From an uncultured Chroococcidiopsis sp. (GTDB lineage: Bacteria > Cyanobacteriota > Cyanobacteriia > Cyanobacteriales > Chroococcidiopsidaceae): 64,000 nucleotides of DNA. The stretch is taken from the NCBI GenBank assembly GCA_964248365.1, contig CAXTYC010000001.1, positions 32,001 through 96,000 on the forward strand. The letters run 5' to 3'. The notes below the pieces were generated by a model. The model did no database searches. It had not been told where the DNA came from and worked only from the letters and a program-made list of their open reading frames with translations. Of this stretch, positions 61,505-64,000 are shown one piece after another (the first letter of the stretch is position 1; each line of letters starts with the position of its first letter). The translations under genes were made by a program, and so were the position numbers.

Positions 61505-61925
61505 TTGTTTTAGATACTCATGTATGGTTGTGGTGGTTGCATGAGCCGGAAAAACTATCAGCTCTTGCACAGACTTTAATTAATCAAGAAGAGCAACTCA
61601 ATGGATTGCTTGTATCTGCTATTTCTGTATGGGAAATTGCTGTCAAGGTAGGAGTGGGAAAGCTGGTGCTACCTATGGAAGTTAATGAGTGGTACGACCA
61701 AGCTTGTGCGTTCCTGGTTTGATTATCGAGTCGGTGACTCCCCAAGATGCGATCGCCAGTACCCAGTTACCTGGTACTTTTCATAAAGATCCAGCAGATC
61801 GAATCATCGTTGCTTTGGCTCGAAGATATAATGTGCCACTAATTACCTGCGATGATAAAATTCTTGCTTATCCTTATGTTGAGACTGTTTGGCAATCGTT
61901 TATGAAATATACTGCACTTGTTTGA
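61501..61925 (+). pseudogene. PIN-domain (VapC) toxin, frameshifted near 61712
   Basis: IVLDTHVWLWW, SAISVWEI in one frame; HKDPADRIIVA..LITCD in the next frame. Confidence 0.85.
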
Positions 61926-61975
61926 AAGCGAATCGAAGTGATAAAGATAGTCATCAGCAATCTGTAGAACTAAAT

Positions 61976-63208
61976 ATGGACTGGACTACTCCATTAAGAG
62001 CGCAACAAGCTGATTTTATCCAAAGGCTGAAATCTGGTCATCTGCTTCATTGTGACACACAAGGTCAACACAGTGAATTAACAGTTATCTCAGGGGAGAG
62101 ATTAAAGCAGTTGCGTGACTTCTGCTGGGAAATGGCTGAAAAGTACAAGCGTAATTCTCAAGTTCGTGATGTTTTTATCAGCAATTTAAAGGGCAAACTA
62201 GCCGAGGAAGTTGTAAAAGCAAGGTTAGGAAATATTGTTACTGAAGTTGACTATGAAAAACGAATTGGAGGCGATGGCAAAGTAGATTTTAGGCTGGCTT
62301 GTGATCCATCTATTGGTATTCAAGTAAAAGCACGTCACGACACTATTGATTCAGTTCGATGGTCAATTAGCGAAGAGGAAGCTGATAAAAACGCTGCTTT
62401 GGTCTGCGTTTTGATTCAAGAGGAAGTGAATGAAGCGCAGTCAAAATATAATTTGATAATGGCTGGTTTTCTTTCAAATAAATACTTTCAAGAAAGTAAT
62501 AAACCCTCTTTCAATATAGATGAATTGTTATACAGCGGCGGCTTAAGCTGTTATCTAGATTTTATTACTTCTAAGAATTTCATCACTCAAAAGCAAGAAA
62601 TTAAATTGGACGAATTTCAATTAAAAGGCACAGAAATATGTAATATAATTACAACTGATTATGTGGAGCTTGAAACTTGTAGGAAACAAATTGAGAAATT
62701 AAATATTGCCAAAGCATACTATGAAAGCGGAAAGCAGCATCAAGCTTTAAAGGATAAGCATAAAGCAAGTGAATATTTCCAAATGTCAGCACAACTGTTG
62801 TGCGATAATCAAAGCGAAGAGTTAGCTAAATGGACTCCTTTCGAGTTAGGTGAATCAAATAGAGAAGAAGCAATTTGTTACATAAAAATATATCTTGCTC
62901 ATGGAAACTATAATGAAAAAAGGTTAGCAGCTTCAGCTATCTATAAACTTGCTAATAGATTCAAGACAAGCTGTAATTTAGCTATTCCCTACCTGTTGAA
63001 TAACTTATCCGCTCCACTTCCCCAAGTGCGGCAGTATACTTTGAAAGCCCTGAGTATACTTGATTTGCCAAGCTCTGCTGTTTTAAAAATAAAAGAAATT
63101 GCTGAAAATGATTCAAAAGAATACAACAGGATTTTAGCAGAATCTATATTGCTAAAATTGAGCAATCTTAAAAAAGCCTCTTTCGGAATTGAAGTAGAGC
63201 AATTCTGA
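61976..63208 (+). CDS. Protein with putative PD-(D/E)xK-like N-terminal domain, TPR-like helices and C-terminal HEAT-like repeats
   Basis: Probable start MDWTTPLR; GKLAEEVV...DGKVDF...IQVKAR; EKRLAASAIYKL, PQVRQYTLKAL. Confidence 0.7.
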   Translation: MDWTTPLRAQQADFIQRLKSGHLLHCDTQGQHSELTVISGERLKQLRDFCWEMAEKYKRNSQVRDVFISNLKGKLAEEVVKARLGNIVTEVDYEKRIGGDGKVDFRLACDPSIGIQVKARHDTIDSVRWSISEEEADKNAALVCVLIQEEVNEAQSKYNLIMAGFLSNKYFQESNKPSFNIDELLYSGGLSCYLDFITSKNFITQKQEIKLDEFQLKGTEICNIITTDYVELETCRKQIEKLNIAKAYYESGKQHQALKDKHKASEYFQMSAQLLCDNQSEELAKWTPFELGESNREEAICYIKIYLAHGNYNEKRLAASAIYKLANRFKTSCNLAIPYLLNNLSAPLPQVRQYTLKALSILDLPSSAVLKIKEIAENDSKEYNRILAESILLKLSNLKKASFGIEVEQF

Positions 63209-63280
63209 TTCAAAGATGCGATCGCCCACCTCCCCAGCTACGATAAACTAGCAATAACACCGTTTCCCTGCACTATTGCC

Positions 63281-64000
63281 ATGTCTGTCGCCAAAGATTT
63301 CGAGATTTCCGCAGACTCAGGGGAAGATATTATCATTCCACCTGGCGATTTATGGAGTGATGAACCGCCCTTGGAAAGTGACTTGCATCGTATTCAGATA
63401 GATCTGCTGATAAACTGCCTGGAATGGTGGTGGCGTAACCGTAATGACTTTTATGCCAGTGGAAATCTGACAATTTATTTCAGTCCCGACCAAATAAAAT
63501 CAAGAGACTTTCGAGGACCTGACTTTTTTGTAGTGTTGGGAACCGAACGCAAACCTCGTAAAAGTTGGGTGCTTTGGGCAGAAGGCGGCAAGTATCCCAA
63601 TCTGATTGTAGAAATTCTCTCAGATAGTACCGCTGCTATTGACAGAGGATTGAAGAAACAACTTTATCAAGATACCTTTCGCACTCCTGATTATTTCTGG
63701 TTTGACCCCCAAAGCCTCGAATTTGCTGGGTTTCACTTAGTCGATGGACAGTACCAACCGCTAGAACCAAATCCCCAAGGTTGGTTGTGGAGTCAGCAGT
63801 TAGAGCTATATCTGGGTATCTATGAGAGAAAGTTGCGCTTTTTTACCAATGAGGGGCGTATGCTTCCCACACTTGCAGAAGTGGGTGAGGATGAAAGGCA
63901 GCAGAAGGAATTAGCACAAGCTAGAGCCGAACAAGAGGCACAACGAGCCGAACGCTATTCGGCGCTCCTCAAGGACTTGGGTATTGATCCACAAGTCTAA
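63281..64000 (+). CDS. Uma2-family (DUF820) endonuclease-fold protein, intact
   Basis: SDEPPLESDLH, DFRGPDFFV, PNLIVEILS, DYFWFDP. Confidence 0.92.
   Translation: MSVAKDFEISADSGEDIIIPPGDLWSDEPPLESDLHRIQIDLLINCLEWWWRNRNDFYASGNLTIYFSPDQIKSRDFRGPDFFVVLGTERKPRKSWVLWAEGGKYPNLIVEILSDSTAAIDRGLKKQLYQDTFRTPDYFWFDPQSLEFAGFHLVDGQYQPLEPNPQGWLWSQQLELYLGIYERKLRFFTNEGRMLPTLAEVGEDERQQKELAQARAEQEAQRAERYSALLKDLGIDPQV

Overview
64-kb chromosomal window from a cyanobacterium. Evidence: frequent HIP1 GCGATCGC octamers, STRR-type 7-9 nt tandem repeats, Hlip genes and Uma2-family genes. The exact taxon cannot be determined from sequence alone. The left edge is the boundary of an integrative element: a tRNA-Met(CAT) followed by a truncated tyrosine integrase. 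Most of the window is scattered housekeeping and metabolic genes (trmL, gshA, hemJ, miaB, ddl, a ubiD-family gene, proteases, hydrolases). Best candidate for an undescribed system: a five-gene overlapping operon at 49852-55044 encoding a coiled-coil protein, a membrane OmpA-domain protein with a cytoplasmic longin/roadblock-like domain, a Rab/Ras-like small GTPase, a degenerate class III nucleotide cyclase and an orphan histidine kinase. Other notable items: three tandem paralogs with a Gly-rich membrane helix and 18-residue amphipathic repeats, preceded by a structured RNA; a glutaminase pseudogene with a clean 122-bp internal inversion; a shared 45-nt hairpin insertion in two unrelated genes; a MITE with a target-site duplication; several GTAG-type REP families; a probable ~240-nt sRNA; and about eight disrupted accessory genes, including both toxin-antitoxin toxins. 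All product calls come from motif recognition by eye, not database searches.
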